A stretch of 64,000 bases of DNA from Dimorphilus gyrociliatus (GCA_904063045.1 CAJFCJ010000003.1:1612001-1676000); one strand, 5' to 3'; numbered from the stretch's first letter, positions 27,335-41,555 are shown. Notes: a model not told the origin generated them from the sequence alone. Program-made: numbers and translations.

Positions 27335-30300
27335 TAGTTAGTCACCTTATTAATTCCGGTGCGGAGAAATCAATAAAAAAGAATCTGCTAATCGTCGATA
27401 TTTAAAGATTATTTCGAAATTTAACTCAATTTTTAAGGAGTTTCTGTTGAAATTTTAGAAAAGAAAATTTAATCTTTAAACAGCTCCTACATATGAGAAA
27501 AGTCTGATAACAGTCTGTCGACTAACTCATAAGTGTCTGGTTGCGCAGGCTTAAGCAGTAAAAGTTGTAGTAAATTATGTAACCACAAGAAGAGTTTCGA
27601 TAATGCTCAGTATTTGTGAAAGTATTGTATTTCTCTAGTATAGCCCAGCTTTCTTTCCTAAAAAGCTCATCTACATATCAGCTGAGGGGTGGTCTAAATT
27701 TTAGACTAGACTGATTTTAAGCCATTATTAGTTGTCTAAATAAATACTTAGCTGAGGTAAAGCAATATGGATATAGAATTTTCAGATTATCCAAATCTGA
27801 TAATAGCATAAAGATTAAAATATACCTTCCAGCAAACTATTATGCTCAAGAAAGTAGCTCAAATTGAAAAGTGTTACATTTAGAACTTGTAAATAAAGTC
27901 ATGCGTAATTGCTAATTAATGATCGTAATTAAATAAATGAAAAACATGACGGCTAATCATATATAAATGTAAATATATAAATACTTTCTATCAAACACAT
28001 TTGCCCATTATAAATAAATAAATAAATAGACATGTATACATTTATACGTGTCAATATACGATAATAAAAATATGTTTGTATTGTTTCAAGATCTATCTAT
28101 ATTTTCCATTTTACTTTTAAAATCCATGTTTACGTTTTAAATTGTTGGACACAATAATGCTTACGACGTACGGCTTTGTTTTGAAATTTGTAATTTGACC
28201 TTGGTATAAGCTAGCTTCTTGCCCAGCTTATATGCATATTCTATGGCGGAACTCTCACTCAGCTTTGTCAATGTCACCTACAAATAAATTAGACGCCATA
28301 ACGTGAGCGGTGACTGACCAGAGAAATACCAATGCGTTGATTAAATCCCCACCCCCTGACTACGATAAGTAGTTCAATATAAGAAAATAATATTCCAAAT
28401 GTTGCAACTCGTAAGAGATTTTGTGATATTAGGAGTTTGAACGTTAATCTCTTTTTTTATGAGTAAGAGAAATAGTAACCTTGAACTGTTGTCGATGAAA
28501 TATCGACTTATCAAGACATCAATAGCATTAATACTTCAAATAAATTTATAAAACTTAGGAAAACCATTAAATCGAAAGGTCATAAGCAGTTCAGGGACAC
28601 AATGGTAAGTTGTTGCTAACATGTGTGCAAAAGTTGAAAGTGTCCAATGCACACGTGTCGGAGCCCAAATGCTGGTTTAATTAAAATTGTCAACTGTTGA
28701 GGTAATTTTCCACTCAAAGAGGCAATTATTACTTTTTAAAGCATAAATTGGCTGAAACTAAGCCTAACTTGTGCTTTATAAGTTCCTCTGGTATAAAAAT
28801 TTTTTAATATCAGTGCACTTTGCTTTTTGTATATAAGACAAATTTAGAAAGAGCACTTCCTTGATTCTACTTCTTACATTGATATATTGAATGTTATTCT
28901 TCCTTTCTTCTAAATTTTTATATTTTATTGCGCAATAATTTATTAAATTTAAATATTTTTTTCTTAGGCGGATCGACTTTTTATCTAATAAGCAAAAATT
29001 AATAAAAACTCTCTTGACCAAAGCGCAAATGGAATTACCCGAGCTGTTACTTGACATTTAGAATTGTAACAACCATTGTTCACTTAGAACCCTCATAAAT
29101 TAGCAAAATGAATTTATTTGCTATCTCTTTTACAATCTCCTAGTCAGGGAATGAAATTCAAAGGCTGGACTCTTTCGGTTGGTTAAATTTTGCTTAAAAT
29201 GGAATAATGACAAAAACCTTCAAAGATAGACTTTAATAGAGATTAGATATCAACTAAAATTTTATTATCTGTGAAATTGAACAATTAAAGGATCTTAACT
29301 AAATTTTCTCACTGTTTTTTACACTTGATTCATTTAGATAGTATAAAATCAGCTGGACGAAGGCCAGATCTCCCTCATTGAGATATTCCCAATTGATAAA
29401 AAGGGACCTTTGTCTCGGATTGTAGACAAGACAAACAACGCTTTGCATTTTTAGTGGGCACACAAGAATAGAGTATCAAAATACAAGCACAACTAAAATT
29501 AACTTACACAAAAGATGAATAAGCAAAAAGAAACCATGCTTGTAACCCTTATCATATTGTTTTCAAACGGAGAACGTTAAAGAATAGTAAAGTTCAAATA
29601 CAGGGGAAATTTTGAGAAAGCTTCATTTCGTTTTAACAACCAAAGATTCTTTGCTATCGACTATAGCATTGCACTATATTCAAACACGTGCCCATGTAGC
29701 GGCGGTTAGCTAGTCACGCTATAGTTTGGCCTTGGCACTAGCACGTGGGGATATGCTGACGAAATAATCGATTCAAGTTTTATGTAACCAGACGTAATAG
29801 ACAGTATATAGATTAATCGAGTAGTCTGGACAATCAAGTTACGGTTATAGGTTCATTGGTTCCAAAAAAACACCTATTGATGATTTTCAAATTCCAAGAA
29901 ATCGAAAGCTATCTGTTGTGATGTTTTATATCTAAATAACTATAGATAGATGAATTAGAAGATAAATGTGAAGTTATACTTGTATACGCAGCTAACAACT
30001 TGAATAAGATATAGATATATTAACAACGCCATTAAATCATTAAAGACTTGGCATTATGACTTCTTCGACTGTGGCTCCCTCTTTCGTACTTCGGGAGATT
30101 ATTCCTAATTGCTGCAATGCTGAGTAATGGCTTTTTAAAATAAAACACATACCTTTTTCAGGTATTTGATTTATCAGTTGGAGAATTACATCAAAGTCAA
30201 TTTTTCGTTGAAGTTTCCATGCTGTTGCAAGTAATTAGAGAGATCTAAATATGGCCATATTTTCATATATTAGCGAAGACGTGAGGAGAATGTAAGAAAT

Positions 30301-30608
30301 ATAAAAAAGGTGTTTATGATATACAATCTCACGTTATCTTTATCAAATGATTTAAAATATATAGAATATAAAACTACGAGCTCTTGAAAAACTTTTTTTA
30401 TTTGTGATAAAACAATTACACTACATTGAAGACAGGTCTTGTCTAGTAAATGGCACAAAATATGTTCCAGAGTGTAAAGATATGTATTTAAAAATAGAAC
30501 ATCGATATTTCTAAATCCACTTGAATAAATTGCGTTGTGCTTGCCGTTGGTATTGTATGTAGTGACTTTTCAATTAAAATAATACTTCTTGACTAGAAGA
30601 CTCCGTTA

Positions 30609-30890
30609 TTATTTCTTACAAGCACATCTATCTTCTGCCTTGACATCATTTAGAACTGTATCAATATGTTTTCCACAACCTTGAGAAAAAAGATATTTAA
30701 AAATATTTAAAAATCTCTAGATATTCATTTAAATTAATCTAAATTCAATAAAATTCAATAAAATTTGATATTTTGAAAGATGATTTTAAAAAAATATCGA
30801 TATGAACAGACCCATCCATGTCCATTTGCCACACTTATCACACTTGATCTTTCTACATTCATTTATCGGTATCTGGATAGTCGCCAACAT
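30609..30890 (-). CDS. 49-aa Cys/His-rich microprotein (putative zinc-binding), two coding exons, absent from the ORF track
   Basis: Exon 30890-30812 and exon 30679-30609 joined by a GT..AG intron (30811-30680) give MLATIQIPINECRKIKCDKCGKWTWMGCGKHIDTVLNDVKAEDRCACKK*. Phases match exactly; an acceptor (ttttacag) lies just upstream of the ATG. Confidence 0.85.
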
Positions 30891-32915
30891 GATATAGCTT
30901 CTGTAAAACTGATAAATGCTTGATTAGTACCCTTACACAACTCGATATATAGAAGGTAAAAATGTCGGTACCAGGTCAACTAACTCACGTTTTGGCCTAG
31001 AGCCAGATTATTTGTATAGGCTTAATTTGTTTTTATCATTGATTGGTTACTACAACTTTTAACAAGTAATTTACAGAAAAATTTTATGTTGGCTAATTAG
31101 CGTTTATACTAAACCAGAATAAACAAGAAACAACAATGTTTAATTACTTAATTAATTAAAGCTTTGTTTATTTCTTTTTTTGTTAAGAAAAATTAAATCT
31201 GGTGTGATCAGGAAAACTAGAAAAGCCCTTCTATCTATAGATATTGCAAAACTAAGTAATAAATAAACAATTAACGAAAATATGCGTTTATTTGACATTA
31301 AATTTCAATTTTCCTTTTGTACTAAAGACACCAATGCTACTTTGGCATATGTCGGCAAAAGTTTAATCAGTAATAAATTATACTACGTTTCTCATTGCTT
31401 TTATATGTTACCATAAAATAAATAATCAAATGGAATTAAACCAGCTTTTCATCTGAAGGCTTTGTATGGAAATTGAAATTTTGTTTAATAATTAGAGTAT
31501 TCAGACATTTGGTCATTTTTAAAGATTTACCATCTAAAGCATAAACTCACAAACCAAATTTGTTTCTTATTTTTATATTTTTATTCCTTATCCAACAAAG
31601 GGTCTTAGATTGTTGTTAACATTTTAGTGAAAAGTCTAGAAAGATCCTGGAGAGAAAATGCTGAAGGAAAATTGTCGAGATTTTAAGAGAATGTATCATT
31701 ATTTACGTAAGCTATATATAGTATTAAATTTGTTTTCGTATCAATTAACGTTTGTCACAAAAATAAATTATAGAGGGGAGTTTGTTTATCATCAGCATTT
31801 TTTAATAGATATTTTTTGAGATTTAAATAGGTACAACTTCTATTGCACTAAAAAATGTACTCTTTGATATTTACCCATTGGCTTTTTTTAGTTTTCTCTA
31901 AAATCTGTCAGCTTTTTTTCTATTGGTCAAATCCACAATTTAGGTACATATGATAGCTTTAATATTATTTATGGTGACTCTTAGCAAGTGCAATTATTCA
32001 GATATGACCCGACAGTTACATAAATTATTATCTCCGGCTCTTGAATTAAACTTTTGATATTTATATCATTGCTTGATGTTTTATCGTATTCTTTATTAAG
32101 TAAAGAAGCAAAAGAGACTTTTACTGCTTATTGTTTCCATTGTTTTATTGGATACACTTTTTAATCCCTTTCGGAAAAAATAGGTCATTAAACAAAAGAT
32201 AATAATTCTTGATATAGAATGTAATCTTTAGAGTTTTATAGCAAATTTTTATAATTCCCCTAATAAATTAACTCTTCTTTATACATTATGCAGCTATTAG
32301 CAATTAAACACAACGAAACTAAATTGCAAATATTCTACTGCTGTTATATCTTGAAAAGCTTTAATCTATCTTTTTTTCTTTTTCAGCGTTTTCCGATATG
32401 TAGCTATGTATCAGCAGTCTAGGCATAATTAATTTATATTCTCTTTGGGTCAAATGTTTAATTTATATCCATATACATCAATAATTTATAAATGATTCAT
32501 CTGCAATTTTTTCACTATTTTAATAAAAGAGCAGAGATAAGCTTCAATTCCAATGGTTTTCGAATACCGTGGAGAAACTTAATGTGAAAATGTTATTCTA
32601 TTACATTCTCTTACTGGTGATGCGATAGAATTGAAACAGGCTAATACCCAGTATTATATAGCCAAATTTCAGGATATTATCTTAGTGTGGCTATCATAAA
32701 TAATTAAAATTGGATAAAAATTTCTATTACTCTGGCTTTCCAAAATACTGTATAGTTGAAAACTAAAGCTTCTAAATACAATGAAATCTATTTGCATATT
32801 GAAGTAAAGTATTTCCCAACTAGAATTTCAATTGAAGTGCAGATTATATTTTATTTAAAGACACTTTGATAAATTCAGATCAATTTAAATGTTCCATAAA
32901 AATTGAAGACTCTGA

Positions 32916-35900
32916 TTATGCCCCAAAACAAGATCCAGTTCGCCACTTTAAATTGTCAATAGCAATATCTCCTGTGTAGTCCTTTCCTCTCACAGCATGA
33001 ATTACTAGTCGAAAATCACCAGGAGCAATATCTTTCTCCAAACTCAACCAATTCCGTCCCTGATGTCCCTGCTGAGTCCAAATGGTTGTTTTTTTATTGT
33101 TTCGATCTTCAAGAAAAATTGATAAGCTACCAATATTTGCACCATTCATATGATAACTAAGAGAAAGACAAGAAGCTTGTTTGATATCCATATATCTAGT
33201 GTACATATCAGCAAAGTCATCTTTTTTCGCTGGTTTAGAGGCTTCAGTATAGATAAAGTAAGACCCTACAGCCGCTTTTAATGGTCCTGTATTTCCGCTC
33301 AAAGTTGGTCTATTTCTTCTTATCCATCTGAAAGCCTTATCTTTTGGATATGCTGTATATGTATGAGACAGCTCATTACATTCACTTTCAAAACCACATT
33401 CTAAAATTATATTGCGAATATTTGGGGTTTCGCAATGATCTCCTGTGTACCCCTCATCGCATTCGCAGTAGTATTTTTCAAATTCTTCCTCTCCCAATAT
33501 ACAACGCCCTATAATAAATTAAAATGATTTTTGTATCAATAAAACAATTACTTTAATAATTTCTCACCATTGTTTTTGCAGGGATTGTCAGCACATGGAT
33601 CACCTATTTTATTTTCACAGAACTTTCCAGAATAATCAGCTGGACAATCGCATTTTGGTTCAGTAAAACCACTTGCAAAGGTTCCTGTGTCTGTCGTCAC
33701 GTAGACTTTAGTTGAACTGCATTCACCTGTTAACAAAAAAGAGCATTATATATTCCTCTCGTAGTCATATTTAATACAACCATTTTGACAAGGGTAATTC
33801 TGAAGACAAGGACTTATTATTTGACACTTTTTCCCAGCAAAATACGGTGAGCATTTGCATATTGGTTCTTCCCAACCAATGTAAGATGGTATGTACATAG
33901 ATCCCTTTGGGTCCATTTTTTGTTTTGTTACACATGATCCTGTTTGATGTAAATATATAAAGATATATAAAATTTAAAATAAATTGTTCATATAACTTTA
34001 CCTTGGTTCATACAAAAACCACCATCAAGACAGGGATTTCTAATTTCACATCGTGAACCAGCATACTGGAATGGGCAGACACATTTAGCTTTCACATCAA
34101 CGAGTTCTGAGTTTTTATAGACTCTTTCCGGAAAACAGAGAGCTAAAATGAAAAAAATTAAAATAAATATTTTAACGAAGGAAAATAATTTAACCTTTGT
34201 TGAGACAGAGATTAAGTCGATCGGAACAAGGATTCTCAATCTCACACATTTTTCCATAATAGTCTTGAGTACATGTACAGTAAAAGTTGCTGCCATCATA
34301 CGGCCTGCATATACCTAATTAAGAGAGATAATTGATTATTGCCAAAAAATAAGTCAATTTAGCTTACCATTATGTCTGCACGGATTAGGAAGACAAGGAT
34401 TGCTAATTTTTTCAGAGCAAGTTTTTCCTTTCCAATCTCCTATACAGACACAGAAAAATTCTTTTTCACGAGTTTCTGGATTCAGTTTAGGTACACAGGA
34501 ACCTAACAAAGAAAATTGATATAAATATTAATTCTTATGAAAAAGAAAAAGGCATACCTTCATTTTGGCATGGATTCTCAGCGCATACATCTTTAGCCCT
34601 TATTGAACACGTTTTTCCTTCAAAGGCTTTGACACATTTGCAAGCAAAATCTGGCTTAGAAATGCTTGCTATCATCAGTGGTGAGCATATTCCTGAAAAT
34701 GAAACAATGTACATTTTTCTATCTTTGGCTACATTATGGCAATCAAAAGAAAGAAAAGTCAACCTTTGTTCTCGCAGGGATTTTGTAGGCAAGGGTTACT
34801 ATATTCACAATTTTCTCCCAGATATTCTGGTAAACATTCACATTTATAAACTGTCTCAAATCTTCTAGTGTTTGAATTCATCCTTCTTTCGCTTTTGCAA
34901 AGTCCTATAGAGAAAATCATGTTTTGTCATTATTTGCTTTTGCTTTAGACATAATCTACCTCTATTTTGACAAGATTTTGGACACGTAGTTTGCTCACAA
35001 TTTATACCAGAAGTTCCAGATAAGCAGTTACAACGGTATGAACTTGGTGACCCATTGTCAATACATATTCCTCCGTTTTGACATGGGTTAGATTTACAAG
35101 CATTATTATTTCCATTATTGTTATTATGTTTTTTGCATGGACTTCCCGAATAGCCTTCATTACAGAGACAGAAATATGCTGTATCCGTTATGTTGTAGCA
35201 TTTACCTTTAAAGATATTTCTCATACTGTATATCTATTAAATCGCTAAGAATTTAGATTACCGAATTGTCCACAAGGTGATGAAATGCAAGGATTTGGCT
35301 TTGGGGATCCAGTTCCTGGAGTAGCAGCTCGTTCACAGTTTTTACCTTCGTAATGTTGACCACAAAAGCAAGTATATCCGAAAGGATTACGTTCGCATCC
35401 TAAAAGCATTTGATTTTACTCAAAAGTCCAGTATTATTTTAATACTCTACTAACTTCCTTGATTGCACGGATTGTCGAGGCATGGATCCATATGTGTAAC
35501 TCTCTTTTCACAAACTGAACCGGTGAATCCAAAAGGACACTTACAAAATTGTACAGTACCAACATTGTAACAAACGCCTGAAAGTTAATCAATAAAAAAA
35601 TCATTTTTCACTAATTATGACTATCTTTACCATTGTTTTTGCAGGAGTTAGTCTTGCAGGGTTGGTTGTTTGTGGGAGGAGGAGTCGGGATTGAACCTGC
35701 GTATTTATGTTCGCAACGTCCACCATAATAGTTTCTGGAGCAGTGACATTTAAAACTCCCTCCAATTAAATTCTCACATGTGCCTATAAATAGCATTTTC
35801 AGTTTACTCTGTAAGAGTAAGAGTAGAAAAAGAGTAGAAGTAGTATTAAAAGTTAACCTCCATTAAGGCATGGTCCTGAGGAACATTGTTGAAAGTTCCC

Positions 35901-36742
35901 TTGTGATATATCGCAATATTTTCCCGAGAAACCGGGTTTACAATAGCAAAAGACCCCATCAGAGAGATCGACACACAAAGCTGTTAAAGTTTATAATTAT
36001 AAGACAGAAAGTATCATATTCGTAATCTTTTCATACCATTATTAAAGCAGGGATTGGATGAACATTTTTCCACTTTCTGGGGAGGTTGGACATTTTTTCG
36101 AGTTTGGCAAGTCTTTCCCTCATAATTTCCCGGACAAGAGCATTCAAAACTCGATGGTGTGTCGTAGCAAACCCCTAATTGTATACCTTATTGTTTTATA
36201 GATTGGTTTTGAGAAATAATCTTACCTCCGTGAAGACAAGGTGAAGAATCGCAGAAACTTCTTTGTGTGTTACGACGTTCAGAACAACGTGAACCAGTAA
36301 AGTCATTAGTGCATTTACAAAAATATGAAGAGCCGACATCATAGCATTTTGCTGTATGTAATAGAAGTTATGTATCTTATTTCTTTCATTTATTCTATTT
36401 TACCTCCGTTTTGGCAAGGGCTACTTGCGCATGGAGAGTCTGATAAAACTTTAACATCACAATAAATGCCTTGGTAACCCGCTGGACAAATACATAGAGT
36501 AACACCAGAGGAGAATGTCTGACATTTTCCTAAAAAAATAAAAATTTGTGAACGGAAATTTTTACCCAAAAATTTAGTACTCACCATTATTTTTGCAAAT
36601 GCATTTTCCCGCAATTATAGCTTCTGAAAGTTATATACAATTATAAAATATATATTGAAATATAATAACTATAAATGCAAAATTTCTTACGAAGGGATAA
36701 ACACCCAAGAGCTAGAATAAAAAGAGTATGTTGAAGAGCCAT
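32916..36742 (-). CDS. Secreted protein with ~16 EGF repeats and a C-terminal MAM domain; ~17 exons
   Basis: Signal peptide MALQHTLFILALGCLSL. Successive exons each carry Cx(n)CxCxxGYxGxxC plus the start of the next repeat (CxxxPCxNGG|). MAM: ECGFESEC...FRWIR...TLSGNTGP...GSYFIY...CLSLSYHMNG...GDIAIDNL. No TM segment; ends SCFGA*. Confidence 0.9.
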
Positions 36743-37693
36743 AGTATATTGTATCAACTTCTTCCAATCAGGACAAAAGCTGAAAAAGTGCACCCGATAG
36801 AGTGAAATCGTATTTATACCTATTCGGTAGGTCTTAACTAAAGCACACAAAATGACTCATACCTGCTTCTATTGAGATATGTATCACGAATCGGAGCCCT
36901 GTGATTTAAAAGACTCTGTCTTGGTTACATATTTTTCCTATACAAATATTTTATTTAAAAAATTACGTTAATGGCTTTATATTAATATATTTAATAACAC
37001 TTCTCTGAAAAAACAAAAACCTCTTATTAAATATGAAAGGATTGACAATCATGACAAAATTTAGCATACCAAATCACCCAAAATTTCAAATTGAAAAAAT
37101 AATCAAAGATTGGAAAATTGTCACGATTCAAACCGAACTATATCACGTATCTTCAATGGCCTATGTTAATAGAGGGGTCAAGTCCTGAAACCGATCGAGA
37201 AAAACAGTCGAGATTGGAAATTTCAAGGTTGGTCACGATTTAAGAAATTAAGAAATTCGTTTGCAATTTAAATAAAACTTAAAAATATAAGATAAAGAAT
37301 TTGCGATTCGTTGGAGTTTAGTTAATTGTGTAGTTTTTTATTTCTAAATTGTGAATCAACAAGTTATATCAATTTTTCTTTTGGTTCGAGAATGATACAT
37401 TTGTTGCTAAACAGAAAATCTTAGTACAAAGTCTATTTAAAAGCTTCTTTATTCTTTAGAACATATAGGAGATAATTTAAGGCGTTCTTTCAAATCTTTT
37501 AGTTTTAAAACGAGAATTGTTTAATTTTTTTCACCATTAAGTCATTTCAAGATTTACTACTTTAGTGCCTGATTTTAACATGTTTTTTTCCATTAAGATG
37601 TTATGGTTTTACCGACCTCCCAAAAGAATCAGATGTAGAAATTGGAAAGATATTTACAGCTAATAAATATTTGTGGAGACAATCAATATACTC

Positions 37694-37707
37694 GCGCCCC
37701 CTGCTGG
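37694..37707. promoter_or_regulatory. CTCF-like motif
   Basis: GCGCCCCCTGCTGG (reverse complement CCAGCAGGGGGCGC), a near-consensus CTCF core in AT-rich intergenic DNA. Confidence 0.6.
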
Positions 37708-38423
37708 TTAAGCGAAAGATAAACCTTTCATGGTAAAACTTCTTCCAAATTTAGCGATTAAGTTAATAAAGTAATCAATATTTAATGCTGTAGCCTTCAC
37801 TTTTGTCTTCAGAAGCATAAATCTTGAATTCTACTTAATCCTTCCAAGACTCTTTAATGTCAGATTTACGACAAAAATAAGCATGTTTTTTCCATTGGAC
37901 TTTCTTTATGTTAGAAGATACTTTGAAAAAATTTTTGCAATTTTTTATGTGGATAAAATCATAAAAATAAGACGGCTTAAACTGGCGCTTTATAAATGGC
38001 AGTAGACGTTTTATTATTTGGTAATTCAAGTAATTTTATATCAGCTTTAACATTCGTTTACCCCAAGCTCTTTCAAACCATGTTTCAGACAACGTTCGAA
38101 ATTTGGTAGACTCATATCGGTAAAAGAAAGCTGGGCAGTGAAATAAAGTAAATAAGGAAAAACGTCCCAACCTACTCATTTAATTATTTGGCGTCAATAG
38201 CAACCGTGATGCGAATTTGCAAAAATCTAGAAAATGAAGCAGAATTGACGCAGAAATAAGATGGATATTTCTTCATAAAAATTATAAAAGAGGAAAACGT
38301 ATTTCAATTTTCTTCTTCAATAAGAAAATACGTGTTTTAAGCGCAAACTCAGCAACACCATCTGCTTCCTCCGTAAGTCAAAGTAAAAAAGAGATTAACG
38401 GCATTCGACTCCGGGCATCGATC

Positions 38424-39042
38424 ATGAACGCTGCAAACCTCTATTTAGCCCTTCTGTTTACAGCGTCTGCGGCATGGAATATTACAAGAGAAGACGAAAA
38501 TACCACAAAATTGGATTCAAAAAATACTGTGCACGAAAAACAAGCACCAAGGGTAAGTTTTTCAATAGACAAATCGTTTTTAATATTCGATAAAATTGAT
38601 AACGAGGGAAGAAGCATATTGAAGCTTTACGATTTTATTTTAGTTCCTATATTAATAGTTTTGTATTGATTGAGAATATTGGAATTTGAATTTATACAAT
38701 ATTATGATACTAATTGAATAATTCAAAGCAAAAAACATATGGACACGAAAATTTTTTTGTAAACAGAGTAACGTCTATACAGTTACTGTTCTTGTTCCAA
38801 TTGCGTGCGGAATTGTATTAGCCGTTATTATAGTCGGAATGGCTTTTGTAATGAAAACGTGTAACGAAAAAACGAACGGGACGAAAAGCGAGGAAGAGCA
38901 GCAGGTATTAGAACGACTTAATGGTGAATTACAAACGATATTTATAGGGTTGTTTGTCTACTAGCAGGAAGTCGAAGAGACAGTGGACGTTGATCAAGTT
39001 GTCTTGCTTGCAGATAGCTCGGACGAGGAGAGTTTATATTGA
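38424..39042 (+). CDS. Small orphan type I membrane protein; 3 exons
   Basis: Signal MNAANLYLALLFTASA; intron 38553-38766; TM VTVLVPIACGIVLAVIIVGMAFVM; a ~60-nt intron then QEVEETVDVDQVVLLADSSDEESLY* (TGA 39040-39042). Confidence 0.7.
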
Positions 39043-40513
39043 TAAACAATCATTTCCATTTTTATATAGCACATCATATACCTCTTTTTCTTGGGCCTAT
39101 GTACCTGTAAAAAGTACTGTAAATTATTTGTACAATTATATTACTTTAATTTAACTGTAAATTCATTTTTTAAGTCCATGTTATTTAAAATACTTATATT
39201 TATGTGAATACTAGTGTACAGAGTATATTGAACATATTTTAATATTTGATATTTATTTACTATAGCATTTCAATGATACTGACTATTAAAAGCAAAATAT
39301 TTGTACAAAGAACTTGTATATAGACCTATAAAATATTTTCATACAAAGAACATCATACAAAAAATTGCCTGAAAACGGCTAAAGACACAAGAATTATTTA
39401 ATAATAAAAATAGTAAAATTCTATAATCGACCACATATTTATTTTTACCACATAACATACAAATTGCTATTTTATAAATCGATAACAATAACCATCTCGA
39501 ACCAACGTATTATTGGACGAACGACTTTTCTACAAGCTGTTTTCCGCATCCGTAATTTTCTTCGATTATTTTAAAACTAATTTACAAATAATTATAATTG
39601 TGAAATAAAGTATTTTATTTATTTATATTAACTTACAAGTATAACAAATATCTGTCACCTATCAATAATTTAAGATTTTTATAGCATAAAAGAATATAAT
39701 GAAAATATAAATCTTAAAATTAATTAAAGAAAAATTATTGCAGTTGTTGGAACATTAGATATTGTCATCTTATGTACCAACTGATAAAGTATTATATTTT
39801 TTTATCAGCCTGCTCACTCTTGCTGGTAAGTTACTTATTTATAGATATCCAGCCTCAAAGAATAAGAGTTAATTTACATAATCGACAGCTCCGGGAATTT
39901 CAATCAGAGAGCTAGGATTTTTTTTTCTTTCCCAGAATTTAAATGGCTAACGCTTTGACTTCGAGGTTTTAGTTGTAAAGAGGTCTATTGAGAAAGGTAA
40001 TATTAAAATACAGTATATATATATAGTTTTCAATTAAACTAGAGAAAATAAAGGTTCTACGTTTCATTTGTTAACTGTCATAAAACAGTAATATTTTGCT
40101 AATATGTCACTCATATACTGGTTTGTATGCATTAACTTCCTACTCATAAACCGGCTTCATTTAATAGCTGAAGGCTGTAATCGTATAGACCGACTTTTAA
40201 AAATTTACCGATAGATAAAAACTATCATTAGTCATTAAATTATTAAAGCATTTTATTGTCTCTTTACATTTGAGTAAGAAATTCATACGTATAAATAATT
40301 TTCTGACATCTGAAAGCTTCTCCGCCAACGCTAAAGCACAAAAAAAGAGGTATCATACTCACAATAACAATCAGAAGAAGATTGAGGCCAGTTTCATCGC
40401 AGTCTTATATAATTTAAAAATTTATGCAATAATTTAGGGTACGATTACTAAAAAACGAAATGTAGTAAATGTTAATGATTTCTTTGTAATTATTACTTAT
40501 ATTGTCAAAAGAA

Positions 40514-40517
<4 letters not shown>

Positions 40518-40544
<27 letters not shown>
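40518..40544. repeat. (TC)n microsatellite
   Basis: About 13 perfect TC units. Confidence 0.9.
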
Positions 40545-41555
40545 TCAATTTCTGTGAAAAATATTTTATCACTTCATCACTTCTTTTCTTCGTCCTTTTC
40601 GTCCGGCTTTCTTCATCTCTTTCAAGTACACTAAAAGCGGATCTCTATAAGCACAACCTATATAAATTTCGCGCATAATTTATAGATGAAATTACTGCGT
40701 ATAAGAGTATATCTTTCCCTTTTGTTTTAAAATAATTCTTTCTCTTCTCATTTGTCCAATTCTTGGTCAGAATATTTTGATTGCTAAACGTTTCAGTTCG
40801 TTAAACGTAACAATCAGAACTCCTTTTTGGACACATTTGCGTCGATAGAAAAAAATTTGTTTTTTATAACTGTATCTTCACTGTTTGTGTAATGAAAGCG
40901 GGATTTTCGGGAGCAGATATTTTCCAAATATATTGTAATGTAGGGTTTACATTTTAAGGAAAATAATGAAACAATATGAGTTTAAGACATGAAATATATT
41001 TTTAATAAACGAATTACGATATTACTTTCAGTAATGAAATATCCCATCAGATAATTAGCCGTGAGTTATATCAACAACAATAAGTAATTGACGAGGAGAT
41101 GGGTAACCTATGCATTGCACTATGATATTCAGTACCGTATTTTGTTTTGATTTAGAATATCTTCAAATGTTCGTCTTAATACGATATTCAATATTAAAAT
41201 GTTTTATAGTTCAAAATGCATAAAATGGAAGCTTTAAACATTTTATATAGATTAGTCTGAACAATCTTAATGTCGATGGGTTTAAATTTATTGAGAAGTT
41301 CTTTAACTTAGCAGATAATCTTTTTCTTAGTAAGATATCAAATTATTCAATCAGTTTTTTTACATTGAACAATGGGTCGTTTACAACGTCATCAATAAGT
41401 TTTATTGTGATAGCATAGTTTTGATGCTTTCAAAAGTAAGCTGAACTGTTTTGCAGAGTGTAAAAATATGTTTCGTTTTATAGCGCTTCGCTATATATTT
41501 GAATATCTCAAGTATATTTCTTAAATTTTAAGCTTGCTCATTACGAACATAATTG

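Noticed and set aside
28160-28460. Minus-strand open stretch LLRVATFGILFSYIELLIVVRGWGF and an exon-like VTLTKLSESSAIEYAYKLGKK
   Set aside because: No start codon or coherent exon chain, and the implied intron is only ~41 nt.
40330-40930. Minus-strand signal-peptide-like MKLASIFF* and an exon-like CAYRDPLLVYLKEMKK segment
   Set aside because: In-frame stops and no consistent gene model or recognisable homology.
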